64,000 nt of DNA, from positions 149-64,148 of the forward strand of contig JAZNPC010000010.1 in assembly GCA_045589455.1 (NCBI GenBank). Direction: 5' to 3'. This DNA is from Kiritimatiellia bacterium (lineage in GTDB: Bacteria; Verrucomicrobiota; Kiritimatiellia; RFP12; UBA3636). A program made the translations under genes and the position numbers. The notes beneath the pieces were generated by a model. The model was not told where the DNA came from, did not search any database, and saw only the letters and a program-made list of their open reading frames with translations. The first letter of the stretch is position 1, and every line of letters begins with the position of its first letter. Below, piece after piece: positions 10,907-21,190 of the stretch.

Positions 10907-12232
10907 ATGAAAACAAAGCTTGTAAAATTTATGTTTCTAATTAGTTGTTGTTGTCTAATGCCTACTCTATATGCAGCATGGACCCAGGATGGCTCCACTG
11001 CAACGGATGGAAATTGGATTTTAAGAATTGATACTAGTGATGGTGTTGTTAAAATTTTAGGGCCAAATGCTGGCTCAGGTGTTCTTGATATATCAACTAT
11101 CGCGAATGACTTGGGTTGCACTGGCGTGATTGTTGGAAATGAAGCTTTTATTGATAATAAAAATGTTACTGGATTGGTTCTCCCAGAAGACCTCATAGAG
11201 CTTTGTGATGGTGCATTTGAACGTTGCACAAATTTAGCTGGCGAGATCAGTACTACAGCAGCCTTCAAAATGTCTGGATATAATGCGTTTGATCGAACAG
11301 CAATTACCTCAGCTATCTTCCCGAATATGACAGGCTCTGTTGGTGCATGGGCATTTTATGAGTGTAAGCAACTAAAAACCGTTGTTCTTGGAGATGGGAT
11401 AACTTCTTTTGGAGAAAAAGCATTTTTCAGTTGTTCTGCACTTGAGTCTGTTTTGCCTAATACTTTGCAAAATGTTACTTTTATTGCTAACGAAGTATTC
11501 AAATATTGTTATGCATTAAAAAGTAGTATGTTTCTACCTAATGTTCGAGAAGTTAAATCTTTAGCATTTGAGGGTGTTGCTTGTGAAGAGATTTCTATGC
11601 CTTCTTGTACAAATATGGTGGGTGGTTGCTTTTATGGATCAAAGATTAAGAAAATTACTCATTCTCCTGATGTGCAGCTTAATGGAGATGTGTTCATTGG
11701 TTGTACTGAGTTAGAGGAGCTAGTTCCTGGAAAATTTAGGAATTTAAGTGTTATTCTAGATGGTACCTTTAAAAATTGCAATTCGCTAAAGAGTTTAGAT
11801 TTTACTGGTTGTACATTTACTTCTGTAAATATTAATTCAGCGCAGTATATGTATGAGATGAAGTATCTTGTGTTGCCAGAAACACTTACAGATATGGGAA
11901 ATTGGTCATTTGAGCGTATAAAGAATAGCGATGTTCTTTTCCGTGGCCCTAAACCAACAATTGGTGGCGGTAATGTTTTTGCTCATAATGGGAATAACCA
12001 AAAATTACGTAATAATATAATTTCTCTTGAAGAACATATTGCTTCATGGACAAATGCTAATTCTGGAGTAACTTTTACACCTCTAGCAAATGTCAGTGAT
12101 AATCAGAAGACAGATGACTATAAATATCCAACTACTAATATAGGGCGAGTTATTGGAACGGTTAACTTTGGTGCATCAACTCATTGGTTGTCTATTTTCA
12201 ATGAAATAGGCACAATTATATTTATAAGATAA
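10907..12232 (+). CDS. BspA-type leucine-rich-repeat surface protein
   Basis: ORF 10877-12232. I prefer the ATG at 10907 (MKTKLVKFMFLISCCCLMPTLYAAW signal-like). It contains repeated 'AF..C..L' LRR_5-like units and shares the N-terminal module with the 8013 gene. Confidence 0.7.
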   Translation: MKTKLVKFMFLISCCCLMPTLYAAWTQDGSTATDGNWILRIDTSDGVVKILGPNAGSGVLDISTIANDLGCTGVIVGNEAFIDNKNVTGLVLPEDLIELCDGAFERCTNLAGEISTTAAFKMSGYNAFDRTAITSAIFPNMTGSVGAWAFYECKQLKTVVLGDGITSFGEKAFFSCSALESVLPNTLQNVTFIANEVFKYCYALKSSMFLPNVREVKSLAFEGVACEEISMPSCTNMVGGCFYGSKIKKITHSPDVQLNGDVFIGCTELEELVPGKFRNLSVILDGTFKNCNSLKSLDFTGCTFTSVNINSAQYMYEMKYLVLPETLTDMGNWSFERIKNSDVLFRGPKPTIGGGNVFAHNGNNQKLRNNIISLEEHIASWTNANSGVTFTPLANVSDNQKTDDYKYPTTNIGRVIGTVNFGASTHWLSIFNEIGTIIFIR

Positions 12233-12236
12233 TAAT

Positions 12237-12288
12237 AAAAAAAAGGGGCTGTTGCAAAACTCAAAAGATTTGCAACAGCCCCTTTTTT
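12237..12288. terminator. Bidirectional intrinsic terminator between convergent genes
   Basis: A8 run, a perfect 14-bp stem ggggctgttgcaaa / tttgcaacagcccc, then a T6 run that overlaps the ptsP stop codon. Confidence 0.85.
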
Positions 12289-14593
12289 AGTCAGAGAAAA
12301 TCGCATCGGTAAATTCATCGATGCGGTTTTCTATGTCGGTAACAAGTGACATAGATAGCAAATCATTTGCATATTCTTCACATTGTTTAATTGTGAAGCG
12401 TGAAATTAATTCGCGAGCGCGTGGAATTTGAATTGCCTCTATACTGAAGTAGCGTAGGCCAATACCAATAAAGAATGGTATGTAGCGAGGGTCTCGACCC
12501 ATCTCACCACAAACAGATACATGCACTCCCTTGTCCTTTGCAACATCTGCAATTCTCTTTAAGCTCTTTAAAATTGCTGGATGATGTGGAAGATAGTAGG
12601 ATGCCACACTGTCATTTGTGCGGTCAACACCTAGTGTATATTGAATTAAATCGTTTGTTCCAATTGAGAAGAAGTCTGATTCCTCTGCAATTGTTTCTAG
12701 AACTGCGAGAATTGCCGGAATCTCAACCATTGTGCCAATGTTTGGAATGATAAGCTCTTTATCTCCTAGCTCAGCCTGAATGCTGTCTGCGCAGTCCCAT
12801 AGACGTTCTTTAGCCGCAATCATTTCCTCTACAGAAGAAATCATAGGGAACATAATGGAAGCGTTTTTACATTCTGTATATTGAATAGCACGTAGGATTG
12901 CGCGTAGCTGCTGATCCATTATATTTGTATAGCGTAGGGTAAAGCGCATTGAGCGTAAGCCCATCGCTGGATTCTCTTCCTTTGTCTTGTAAAGATATGG
13001 AAGAACCTTGTCGCCACCCGCATCAAGTGTTCTAAATGTAATAGGTTTACCATCTGCCTCTTGGATTAGGCGAGTGTAAATGTTTATCTGCTCAGCCTCT
13101 GTAGGGAGAGATTGGCGCATAATAAATGGAAATTCTGTTCTATATAAGCCAATGCCGTCAAAGTTTGCTTTGCGAGCATTCTGCACATCAGCAATTAGGT
13201 TGATGTTTGCCATTAGCATAATGCGTTCACCATCTAGGGTTACGGTTTCATTTGCATTGGCTAATTTATTTGTTGAAGCATTTAATTCATCAAGCTTTTG
13301 AGCCTGACTGCGGAGCTCAAAGTTGTAGCGACGCTCCTCGCTCGGGTTTACGTAAAGATAATCATTTGCACAATCAATAATTATTTGCTGACCCTTAGGA
13401 ATTCGGAGAAGGTCTAGCTCTTTAACAATGATTGTTGGAATGTCTAGTGAGCGAACAAGCAATGAAACATGTGCTGTAGCACCACCAGCGATTAAAGCAA
13501 TACCCTTAACATTGCCCTGAGCAATGCGTAGAATATCTGATGGAAGTAGCTTGTCGGCAATGATTATGTGTGGGCGAGTTAAAATACTATACTCTGGAGT
13601 TTCTTCAGAAACAGCTTCTAGAACTTGAAGAGTTAAATCCTCAACATCACGTGCCTTCTCCTGCATATACTCGTCATCACTTGACTCAAATAGCTTAATA
13701 AATTCGTTTCCTACCTCAACAATAGCTTGTGGGATAGAGTAGCCCTTTTCTGCAACAAGTGCCTTGATTTTCCCAAGGAAATTATCGTCGCGCATAATCA
13801 TTGCGCTAGATTCAAAAATCAAGGATGCTGCCTCTGGAAGGCGCTCATTTAGTGCTTCTGTGGATTCCTTAAGCTTTTTCTCAACAAGCTCAATTGCTTC
13901 ATCTATAGAGCGAACAGTTTCTGTTGGAAGCTGATTAGGATTTAAACGAGAATATTTTCGTGCAAATATGTGCGCCACGCCAATGCCCCAACCATGGGAT
14001 ACTGATGAACCACGATAGGATAGCTCCCCAGTAATCTCTAGAGGGCGCATACCACGCTCAATATCGCGCTTTGCAGATTCAATAGAAATCAATGCACTTG
14101 CATTCTGAATTGCGGAAACAACGTCGTTTGCATTCTCGCGGATGGAGCTAATTTCTTCTGCTAGGAATGGCTCACCAGTAGGACGAAGCAAAAGTATTGC
14201 ACCTACACGCTCCTTTCCCTGCAATAGAGGCACTGCTAGGTAGGTCTGGGTGTCATCATCTGGGAAATTGTGATGGCGAATATAGCCACGCATTGAAGAG
14301 GCACTTTCGGTATAGATTGTGCGACGTTCAGCAAGTGCTCTACCAATTAACCCCTCGCCAATCTTCAAAATGATTCGTGCTTTAGGGAACATTGGGAAGC
14401 CACATGCTGCCTTTTGCGTAAATTCACGGGTTACATTATCGTAGATAAAGATTGAGCCCTTAACAGCGCTATAGGTGTTTACAAAGTACTCTAACACATT
14501 TTGCAAAAATGCCTGAGTGCCATTGCTCTGGGAAATAATTTCCTTGAGCAATGGTTGGGCATTCTTTTGTTTTGTTAAAGTAAAATCAAACAT
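12287..14593 (-). CDS. ptsP: Phosphoenolpyruvate-protein phosphotransferase with N-terminal GAF domain (EI-Ntr type)
   Basis: 768 aa. It has an N-terminal GAF-like region followed by PEP-utilising enzyme regions (GGATAHVSLLVRSLDIPT phospho-His region; LYRTEFPF; SIGTNDLIQYT). Confidence 0.85.
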   Translation of the reverse strand: MFDFTLTKQKNAQPLLKEIISQSNGTQAFLQNVLEYFVNTYSAVKGSIFIYDNVTREFTQKAACGFPMFPKARIILKIGEGLIGRALAERRTIYTESASSMRGYIRHHNFPDDDTQTYLAVPLLQGKERVGAILLLRPTGEPFLAEEISSIRENANDVVSAIQNASALISIESAKRDIERGMRPLEITGELSYRGSSVSHGWGIGVAHIFARKYSRLNPNQLPTETVRSIDEAIELVEKKLKESTEALNERLPEAASLIFESSAMIMRDDNFLGKIKALVAEKGYSIPQAIVEVGNEFIKLFESSDDEYMQEKARDVEDLTLQVLEAVSEETPEYSILTRPHIIIADKLLPSDILRIAQGNVKGIALIAGGATAHVSLLVRSLDIPTIIVKELDLLRIPKGQQIIIDCANDYLYVNPSEERRYNFELRSQAQKLDELNASTNKLANANETVTLDGERIMLMANINLIADVQNARKANFDGIGLYRTEFPFIMRQSLPTEAEQINIYTRLIQEADGKPITFRTLDAGGDKVLPYLYKTKEENPAMGLRSMRFTLRYTNIMDQQLRAILRAIQYTECKNASIMFPMISSVEEMIAAKERLWDCADSIQAELGDKELIIPNIGTMVEIPAILAVLETIAEESDFFSIGTNDLIQYTLGVDRTNDSVASYYLPHHPAILKSLKRIADVAKDKGVHVSVCGEMGRDPRYIPFFIGIGLRYFSIEAIQIPRARELISRFTIKQCEEYANDLLSMSLVTDIENRIDEFTDAIFSD

Positions 14594-14633
14594 CTTTACA
14601 ATTTAAACGATATAACGACTATAAAATAATTAA

Positions 14634-15620
14634 TTATTTCTCAGATACAACAACCTCTTTGATGTTGTAAATTGGCTTGTTCTGTGATTCGTGGTATGTA
14701 CGAGTTGTTAACTCTGCAAGCAAACCAAGAACGATAAATTGTAAGCAGAAGCCTAGGAACATCAAAGGAGTGATAATCCAGAATGGGCGCTTTACCAAAA
14801 TTGCTCCACCAAACCAAGGAGCCTTAAATAGACCACAAGCTCCTCCTAGTGCTTCTACGCCAACAACACCAAGAAGAATCATTGCAAAAGCACCAAAGTA
14901 TAGACCAATTTTGCCGAATACTTGGATAGGACGTGTGCTATAGCTTAGTAAGAACTTAACGGTTAGAAGGTCTAGTACAACGCGAAGTGTGCGAGAAATT
15001 CCATATTTAGTTTTACCAAATTGGCGAGCATGGTGCTTAACTGGCATTTCTGTTACCTTGCCACCAACCCAGCTTGCATGAGCTGGAATAAAGCGGTGCA
15101 TCTCACCATAAAGATTTACTTGGCTAATAATCTCGCGGCGATAAGCCTTAAGAGAGCAGCCATTATCATGAATCTTTACGCCTGTCATTTTAGCGATTAG
15201 GCGATTTGCTATCATTGATGGTAGCTTGCGGTTTACAAAGGTGTCCTTGCGATATTTGCGCCAGCCACAAACAACATCATATCCTTCATCAAGCTTATCA
15301 AGCATAGCAGGAATATCTTCTGGATCATTTTGTAGGTCAGCATCAAGAGTAATTACTATTTCACCAGATGATTCCTTAATGCCTGCGCTCATAGCAGCTG
15401 TCTGACCAAAGTTTTTGCGGAACTTGATAAGCTTTAGGCATGGATACTTCTTTGCTTGCTCTAGTAATACATTCCAAGAGGAGTCTGTACTGCCATCGTC
15501 AACAAGAACAATCTCATAGGTCTTATTGAGCTTTGACAAAACATTGTGCAATTTTTCACAAAGAAATGGGATGCTTTCCTCTTCGTTATGAATTGGTGCT
15601 GTTACGCTAATGTCAATCAT
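14634..15620 (-). CDS. Family 2 glycosyltransferase, polyprenol-phosphate sugar transferase type (GtrB/ArnC-like) with C-terminal TM helices
   Basis: 328 aa with VLVDDGSTDSS and LDADLQNDPEDIP (DxD) motifs and a hydrophobic C-terminal third. Confidence 0.85.
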   Translation of the reverse strand: MIDISVTAPIHNEEESIPFLCEKLHNVLSKLNKTYEIVLVDDGSTDSSWNVLLEQAKKYPCLKLIKFRKNFGQTAAMSAGIKESSGEIVITLDADLQNDPEDIPAMLDKLDEGYDVVCGWRKYRKDTFVNRKLPSMIANRLIAKMTGVKIHDNGCSLKAYRREIISQVNLYGEMHRFIPAHASWVGGKVTEMPVKHHARQFGKTKYGISRTLRVVLDLLTVKFLLSYSTRPIQVFGKIGLYFGAFAMILLGVVGVEALGGACGLFKAPWFGGAILVKRPFWIITPLMFLGFCLQFIVLGLLAELTTRTYHESQNKPIYNIKEVVVSEK

Positions 15621-15666
15621 ATATTCCTCCTCTTGGAGTATTATAGGTGGTAGATATTAAATAAGC

Positions 15667-17277
15667 TTACTTGTTTGCTTTACGATAGCGCTCGATTAGA
15701 GCGTTTGTAGAAGAATCATGTGCAAGTGGTGAATCAGAAGCTAGCTCAGGAGCAATCTTTGCTGCGAGTAGCTTACCTAGCTGTACACCCCACTGATCAA
15801 ATGAGTAGATGTTCCATAGAACGCCTTGTGTGAATACCTTGTGCTCGTATAGAGCAACAAGAGCACCAAAGGTCTCAGGAGTTAGCTCGTCTGCTAGAAT
15901 TGTTGAAGTAGGGCGATTGCCATCAAATACCTTGTGAGGAACTAGCTCCTCGCTTGCACCCTCTGCGCGAACCTCGTCAGCTGTCTTACCAAAAGCAAGA
16001 GCCTCTGTCTGAGCGAAGAAGTTTGCCATTAGGTTGTCGTGGTGAGGAGGAATTGCATTGTGAGAGCGGCAGAAGCCGATGAAATCAGCAGGAATTAGCT
16101 TTGTGCCCTGGTGAATTAGCTGATAGAAAGCATGCTGTCCATTTGTACCTGGCTCACCCCAGATGATTGGACCAGTCTGGTAGCTTACGCGGTTGCCCTG
16201 CTTATCAACATACTTACCATTGCTCTCCATATCTAGCTGCTGCAAATATGCTGGGAAGCGGGCTAGGTATTGATCGTATGGAAGAACAGCGTGGCTCTGT
16301 GCATTGTGGATGTTATTGTAAACAATGCCGATTAGAGCCATGATTACAGGTAGATTCTGCTCATATGGAGCCTCAGCAAAGTGCTTGTCCATTGCATGGT
16401 AGCCATCTAGCATGCGATAGAAGTTTTCTGGACCAATTGAAAGCATTAGTGGTAGGCCAATTGCAGAAGGAAGAGAGTAGCGACCGCCAACCCAGTTCCA
16501 GAAGCCAAACATATTAGCTGTATCGATACCAAACTTTGATACCTCTTCTGCATTTGTGGAAACAGCAACAAAGTGCTTTGCAACTGCTTCGTCTGCCTTT
16601 AAAGCGTCTAGTAGCCATGCGCGTGCTGTATGAGCATTTGTCATTGTCTCAAGAGTTGTAAAGGTCTTAGATGCAACGATGAATAGAGTTTCCTCTGGAT
16701 CCTTGCCATAAACTGCCTCAGCGAAGTGTGTTGCATCAATGTTTGATACAAACTCAAATACTAGGTCGCGCTGAGCATATGGCTTTAGTGCCATAGTTGC
16801 CATTGCTGGGCCAAGATCAGAGCCACCGATACCGATATTGATGATGTTCTTAATCTTCTTGCCTGTGTAGCCCTTCCACTCACCAGAGCGAACGCGGTCA
16901 GCAAAGCCAGCCATCTTCTCTAGAACCTCATTTACGTCTGGCATTACATCCTTACCATCAACATAAATAGGTGTGTTGGAGCGATTACGTAAAGCGATGT
17001 GTAGTACTGGGCGACCCTCTGTTACGTTGATTTTCTCGCCGGAGTACATTGCCTTGATAGCCTCATCAAGCTTGCATGTGCGAGCCATAGCAAATAGCTC
17101 CTGCATCATCTTGCGAGAAACAAGGTTCTTTGAATAGTCAAGTGTTAGGCCTGCGCCTTCAACTGTCATGTCCTGTGCGCGTGCAGCATCCTCAGCAAAT
17201 AGCTGACGTAGGGTAGTAGACTTTAGCTGCTCAGCCTCTGCGCATACATTCTTCCACTCTGGTAAATCCTGAAACAT
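15667..17277 (-). CDS. pgi: Glucose-6-phosphate isomerase
   Basis: 536 aa with full-length PGI-like sequence ([29 protein letters not shown]). Confidence 0.95.
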   Translation of the reverse strand: MFQDLPEWKNVCAEAEQLKSTTLRQLFAEDAARAQDMTVEGAGLTLDYSKNLVSRKMMQELFAMARTCKLDEAIKAMYSGEKINVTEGRPVLHIALRNRSNTPIYVDGKDVMPDVNEVLEKMAGFADRVRSGEWKGYTGKKIKNIINIGIGGSDLGPAMATMALKPYAQRDLVFEFVSNIDATHFAEAVYGKDPEETLFIVASKTFTTLETMTNAHTARAWLLDALKADEAVAKHFVAVSTNAEEVSKFGIDTANMFGFWNWVGGRYSLPSAIGLPLMLSIGPENFYRMLDGYHAMDKHFAEAPYEQNLPVIMALIGIVYNNIHNAQSHAVLPYDQYLARFPAYLQQLDMESNGKYVDKQGNRVSYQTGPIIWGEPGTNGQHAFYQLIHQGTKLIPADFIGFCRSHNAIPPHHDNLMANFFAQTEALAFGKTADEVRAEGASEELVPHKVFDGNRPTSTILADELTPETFGALVALYEHKVFTQGVLWNIYSFDQWGVQLGKLLAAKIAPELASDSPLAHDSSTNALIERYRKANK

Positions 17278-17491
17278 GGTTTATAACCTTTCTATATCCT
17301 TATAATATATTACTCCGAATATGTTTTGGGGGCTATATATCTAGATTTGTGTAATTTAAATATTATTGTTTTTGTTTGTTTCTTTAAAATCGAAAAAAGG
17401 ACGCGTATTAAACCATTTTTCTGCCAAAAAAGCAAGATTAAACGAGTGTTTAAATTGAAAAGTTGGCAGAAAAATGATTTTTGCCTGTTTT

Positions 17492-18721
17492 TTAGGCTTC
17501 CATTGCGTCTGCAAGAGCTTGACCGAACTCACTGCACTTTAGCTCTGTAGCGCCATCCATTAGACGAGCAAAGTCATAGGTTACCTTCTTCTCAGAAATT
17601 ACCTTATCCATTGCCTTAATGATTAAATCAGCAGCCTCTGTCCAGCCCATATAGCGAAGCATCATCTCACCAGATAGGATTAGAGAGCCAGGATTTACCT
17701 TGTCTAGGTTTGCGTACTTTGGAGCAGTACCATGAGTTGCCTCAAATACAGCAGTACCTGTTGTGTAGTTGATGTTACCACCAGGAGCAATACCAATACC
17801 ACCTACGCATGCAGCAAGAGCATCAGATGCATAGTCACCATTTAGATTTAGAGTTGCGATCACGCTATACTCTGCAGGGCGAGTAAGAATCTGCTGCAAG
17901 AATGCATCGCAGATGCAATCCTTGATAACAATCTCTTTACCTGTCTTAGGATTCTTGAAGCTGCACCATGGACCATCACCGATTATCTCTGCACCAAACT
18001 CCTCACGAGCTAAAGCATAACCCCAATCACGGAAGCCACCCTCAGTGAACTTCATGATGTTGCCCTTGTGAACTAGAGTAACATTTGGTCTATCGTTCTC
18101 AATAGCGTAGTTGATAGCTGCGCGGATTAGACGCTCTGAGCCTTCCTTAGAAACTGGCTTAATACCAATAGAAGAAGTCTCTGGGAAGCGAATCTTCTTT
18201 ACGCCCATCTCGTTCTGTAGGAAATCGATTACCTTTTGTGCATTCTCTGTGCCCTGCATCCACTCAATACCAGCATAGATATCCTCTGTGTTTTCACGGA
18301 AGATAACCATGTCTGTTAGCTCTGGGTGCTTAACAGGAGAAGGAACACCTTGGAACCAGCGTACAGGACGCAAGCATACATACAAATCAAGCTCCTGTCG
18401 TAGAGCAACATTTAGAGAGCGGATACCGCCACCAACAGGAGTAGTTAGAGGACCCTTGATGCCAACTAGATACTTGCGAAATGCTTCAAGTGTCTCAGGT
18501 GGTAGCCAAATATCCTTGCCAGCTAGCTTGTTTGCTTTCTCGCCAGCATAAACCTCTAGCCAATCAATTTTACGCTTGCCGCCATATGCCTTCTCAACAG
18601 CTGCATTCCATACAACCATTGCTGCACGTGTGATGTCTGGACCAGTTCCGTCACCCTCAATAAATGGGATTGTTGGATTATCTGGTACATTTAATTTGCC
18701 GTCACAAATTGTAATTTGCAT
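17492..18721 (-). CDS. icd: NADP-dependent isocitrate dehydrogenase
   Basis: ORF 17492-18802 runs up to the neighbour's stop. I prefer the ATG at 18721 ([10 protein letters not shown]...; AAGGG upstream). IDH signatures are present ([23 protein letters not shown]). Confidence 0.93.
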   Translation of the reverse strand: MQITICDGKLNVPDNPTIPFIEGDGTGPDITRAAMVVWNAAVEKAYGGKRKIDWLEVYAGEKANKLAGKDIWLPPETLEAFRKYLVGIKGPLTTPVGGGIRSLNVALRQELDLYVCLRPVRWFQGVPSPVKHPELTDMVIFRENTEDIYAGIEWMQGTENAQKVIDFLQNEMGVKKIRFPETSSIGIKPVSKEGSERLIRAAINYAIENDRPNVTLVHKGNIMKFTEGGFRDWGYALAREEFGAEIIGDGPWCSFKNPKTGKEIVIKDCICDAFLQQILTRPAEYSVIATLNLNGDYASDALAACVGGIGIAPGGNINYTTGTAVFEATHGTAPKYANLDKVNPGSLILSGEMMLRYMGWTEAADLIIKAMDKVISEKKVTYDFARLMDGATELKCSEFGQALADAMEA

Positions 18722-18802
18722 TATGAACCCTTTGTTTTTTACTTTATTTTTGTTGCTGCGATGCTTCGATGGAAGCATCGTAGCGTTATTAAAATTAATC
18801 AA

Positions 18803-20692
18803 TTATAGATCGTTTGCAACAACCTTATCGAACTCATCAGTGATTTCCTTGCTTGGTGCCTTTGTTAGCAAGCTAATAACAACAATTGTGATGAGTGATA
18901 GAACAAAGCCAGGAACGATTTCGTATAGCTTGAAGATAGTTACATCAGGGAAGTTAGCTGCGAATACAAACTTCCAAACAATCGCTGTTACTGCACCAAC
19001 AACCATACCGGCTGCAGCACCAAAAATGTTTGTGCGCTTCCAGAATAGAGCAAGTAGAATTACAGGACCAAATGCAGCACCAAAGCCAGCCCATGCAAAT
19101 GAAACAATATCCATAACTTTGCTTAGGAATGTATTTGGTGTGTTTGAGCTAATCTCTTCTTTACCTTCATTTTTTAGCCCTTCTAGAATTTCTTTAGAAA
19201 CATTGATACTGGAAGCATTAGAATCTCTATATTTTGTACCGTTCCCTAGAGCAACAAACTCAATCACGTATTCTTTGTTTTCTATATCGAAGCAAACAGT
19301 AGAAAGAGATAAATTATCTTGATTTTCCACTTTTATTATTTTTTCTTCAATTGTTTGACGAATTTGCTTGCCGTTTTGTTGAGCTAGTTCGAATGTAGAT
19401 ATTTTATATTCTTTTACAACATTAGGATCAACCATCCAGTTCAAGGAAATTGAATTGTCCTCCATAAATTTACCATTGACTTTAGGTGCTTCATGCTTAC
19501 GTAAATCTTGGACTGTCATTGCTGCAGCAACTACTGCGATAACAGCAACAGACAAGCGGCTAACAAGAACAAGCTCCTTGTTGCTTGCGCCCTTGTGAAT
19601 CCACTTCTTGTAGATATCATTTGAGAAAGCAGAAGCAGATACAAGTAGCTGAGAGTCTGCTGTACTCATGATAGCAGCCAAAATTGCTGACATCATTACA
19701 CCAACGATTGCTGGGTGGAATAGCTGCTTAATCATATGCATAAAGATGTTCTCTGCATCTTTAACCTCAACACCGTGCTGGCTAGCAAAGATGTGACCTA
19801 GAACACCAACTGCGATTGCTGCAACTAGAGAAATAACAACCCATGTCATAGCGATGCGACGAGATTCTGTAATCTGGCGTGGGCTCTTGATAGCCATAAA
19901 GCGAACAAGAATGTGTGGCATACCAAAATAGCCAAGTCCCCAACCGATGTTAGAAATAATATCTGTTAGGAAGGAAACAGATTTGCCATTTTCTGCATTA
20001 GTAAATAGGTTCAAGTAGTAAGGATTTGCTGTGTTTAGATTATCAACAGTTGAAGCCCAACCACCAGCCTGGTAGATAACAAGAGCAGGAACAACAACAA
20101 TTGCAAAGAACATTAGAGTTCCCTGAATTAGGTCTGTCCAACAAACAGCCATGAAGCCACCTAGTAGTGTGTAGGAAACAATCACAATTGCACCAATAAT
20201 TAGAGCAACCATTGGAGAAATTCCAAAGGTTGTTGTGAATAGCTTTGTGCAAGCAACGAATCCAGATACTGTGTAGAATAGGAAGAATGTAAGAATGATT
20301 AGCGCTGCAACACCGCGTAGAACGCCTGAATTATCGTGGAAACGATTTGAGAAGAACTCAGGAATTGTCACAGAGTCATTACATGCGTGGGAATATGTGC
20401 GTAGGCGCTTTGCAACTATTTTCCAGTTAAGGTATGTGCCGATAACTAGACCAACACCGATCCAGGAAGCGCTTAGACCAGAGGCGTAGACTGCACCAGG
20501 AAGACCCATTAAAAGCCAACCACTCATATCTGATGCCTGAGCAGATAGAGCAACTACCCACTTATTCATTTTGCGGTCACCTAGATAGTAATCTCCAAGT
20601 GTTGATGATTTTTTACTGAATAGGAAACCAATTCCTAGCATGATGATTAGATAAACGACGAATGCGCCAATAATGTAATATTGATATTGCAT
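18803..20692 (-). CDS. putP: Sodium:solute symporter, PutP-like, with a ~130-aa inserted soluble domain
   Basis: 629 aa. PutP-type motifs are present (AQASDMSGWLLMGLPGAVY; SFAWAGFGAAFGPVILLALFWKRTN). A non-hydrophobic insertion (aa ~394-527, nt 19112-19513) sits between them. Confidence 0.8.
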   Translation of the reverse strand: MQYQYYIIGAFVVYLIIMLGIGFLFSKKSSTLGDYYLGDRKMNKWVVALSAQASDMSGWLLMGLPGAVYASGLSASWIGVGLVIGTYLNWKIVAKRLRTYSHACNDSVTIPEFFSNRFHDNSGVLRGVAALIILTFFLFYTVSGFVACTKLFTTTFGISPMVALIIGAIVIVSYTLLGGFMAVCWTDLIQGTLMFFAIVVVPALVIYQAGGWASTVDNLNTANPYYLNLFTNAENGKSVSFLTDIISNIGWGLGYFGMPHILVRFMAIKSPRQITESRRIAMTWVVISLVAAIAVGVLGHIFASQHGVEVKDAENIFMHMIKQLFHPAIVGVMMSAILAAIMSTADSQLLVSASAFSNDIYKKWIHKGASNKELVLVSRLSVAVIAVVAAAMTVQDLRKHEAPKVNGKFMEDNSISLNWMVDPNVVKEYKISTFELAQQNGKQIRQTIEEKIIKVENQDNLSLSTVCFDIENKEYVIEFVALGNGTKYRDSNASSINVSKEILEGLKNEGKEEISSNTPNTFLSKVMDIVSFAWAGFGAAFGPVILLALFWKRTNIFGAAAGMVVGAVTAIVWKFVFAANFPDVTIFKLYEIVPGFVLSLITIVVISLLTKAPSKEITDEFDKVVANDL

Positions 20693-20904
20693 TTCTTTTC
20701 TTTTCTTTCCCTATAAGTTATAATTTTTTATTTATTAAAAAAATGTGCGATTGAAAATACTATACCATTTATTATAGGGGTTATGCAAGGATTTTAGAAG
20801 GAAGCCACATGCAAAGCTCGTAAATGCGGGGAATGAACTAGAATCATAGAAGTAGAACTAAAAGGAAAATAAAAGCGCCCATATGGAGCGCTAGTGCTCG
20901 CTCT

Positions 20905-21015
20905 GCGCATCTCTATCTTCGGGAGAATCTCTCGTACTTCTAGCCATCCCACCCTCCCAAACTCCCAATATTCTTCAGACGAGAGCCAGCGTAGGATTAG
21001 CCGCCACGTGCATCA
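20905..21015. repeat. Copy of the dispersed GC-rich repeat family (reverse orientation)
   Basis: Contains 'agccagcgtaggattagcc' (20984-21002), the reverse complement of 'ggctaatcctacgctggct' at 24982 and 37192. It also contains 'acgtgcatcac' (reverse complement of 'gtgatgcacgt') and 'acttctagccatc'. Confidence 0.7.
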
Positions 21016-21067
21016 CATCAGTAGAATTAGTACCTAATTACTGAATTCAATACAGATAGGGTGAATA

Positions 21068-21138
21068 ACACAAATGCGCCAAAACACATTTGTGTACGAG
21101 TATTCTGATTGACAAAAGTGCTTCACAAAGGTTAGAAT
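21068..21138 (+). promoter_or_regulatory. Candidate sigma70-type promoter preceded by a 9-bp inverted repeat (possible operator) for the first MacAB-like operon
   Basis: TTGACA (21109-21114), an 18-nt spacer, then TAGAAT (21133-21138), about 53 nt upstream of the ATG at 21191. The inverted repeat acacaaatg-N10-catttgtgt lies at 21068-21095. Confidence 0.4.
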
Positions 21139-21190
21139 TATAGGAAAAATCCACATATAGGTGGCAATTAATAGTGATATCGGGGTAGAT

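Noticed and set aside
9876-11268. Antisense or alternative-frame ORFs 9876-10355 (-), 9883-10092 (+), 10093-10350 (+) and 10846-11268 (-).
   Set aside because: They are nested in or overlap the LRR protein genes, which have clear signal peptides and repeat structure. Their odd Cys/Ile-rich composition is typical of off-frame translation.
17278-17491. Possible terminator for icd on the minus strand ('ggcagaaaaatgatttttgcc', ~17465-17485) and the repeated 'tttttctgcc' word.
   Set aside because: The stem is AT-rich, bulged and short. The evidence is too weak to list as a feature.
18576-19322. 248-aa plus-strand ORF antisense to icd and putP.
   Set aside because: It is a shadow ORF spanning the junction of two well-supported minus-strand genes, with a low-complexity composition and no RBS.
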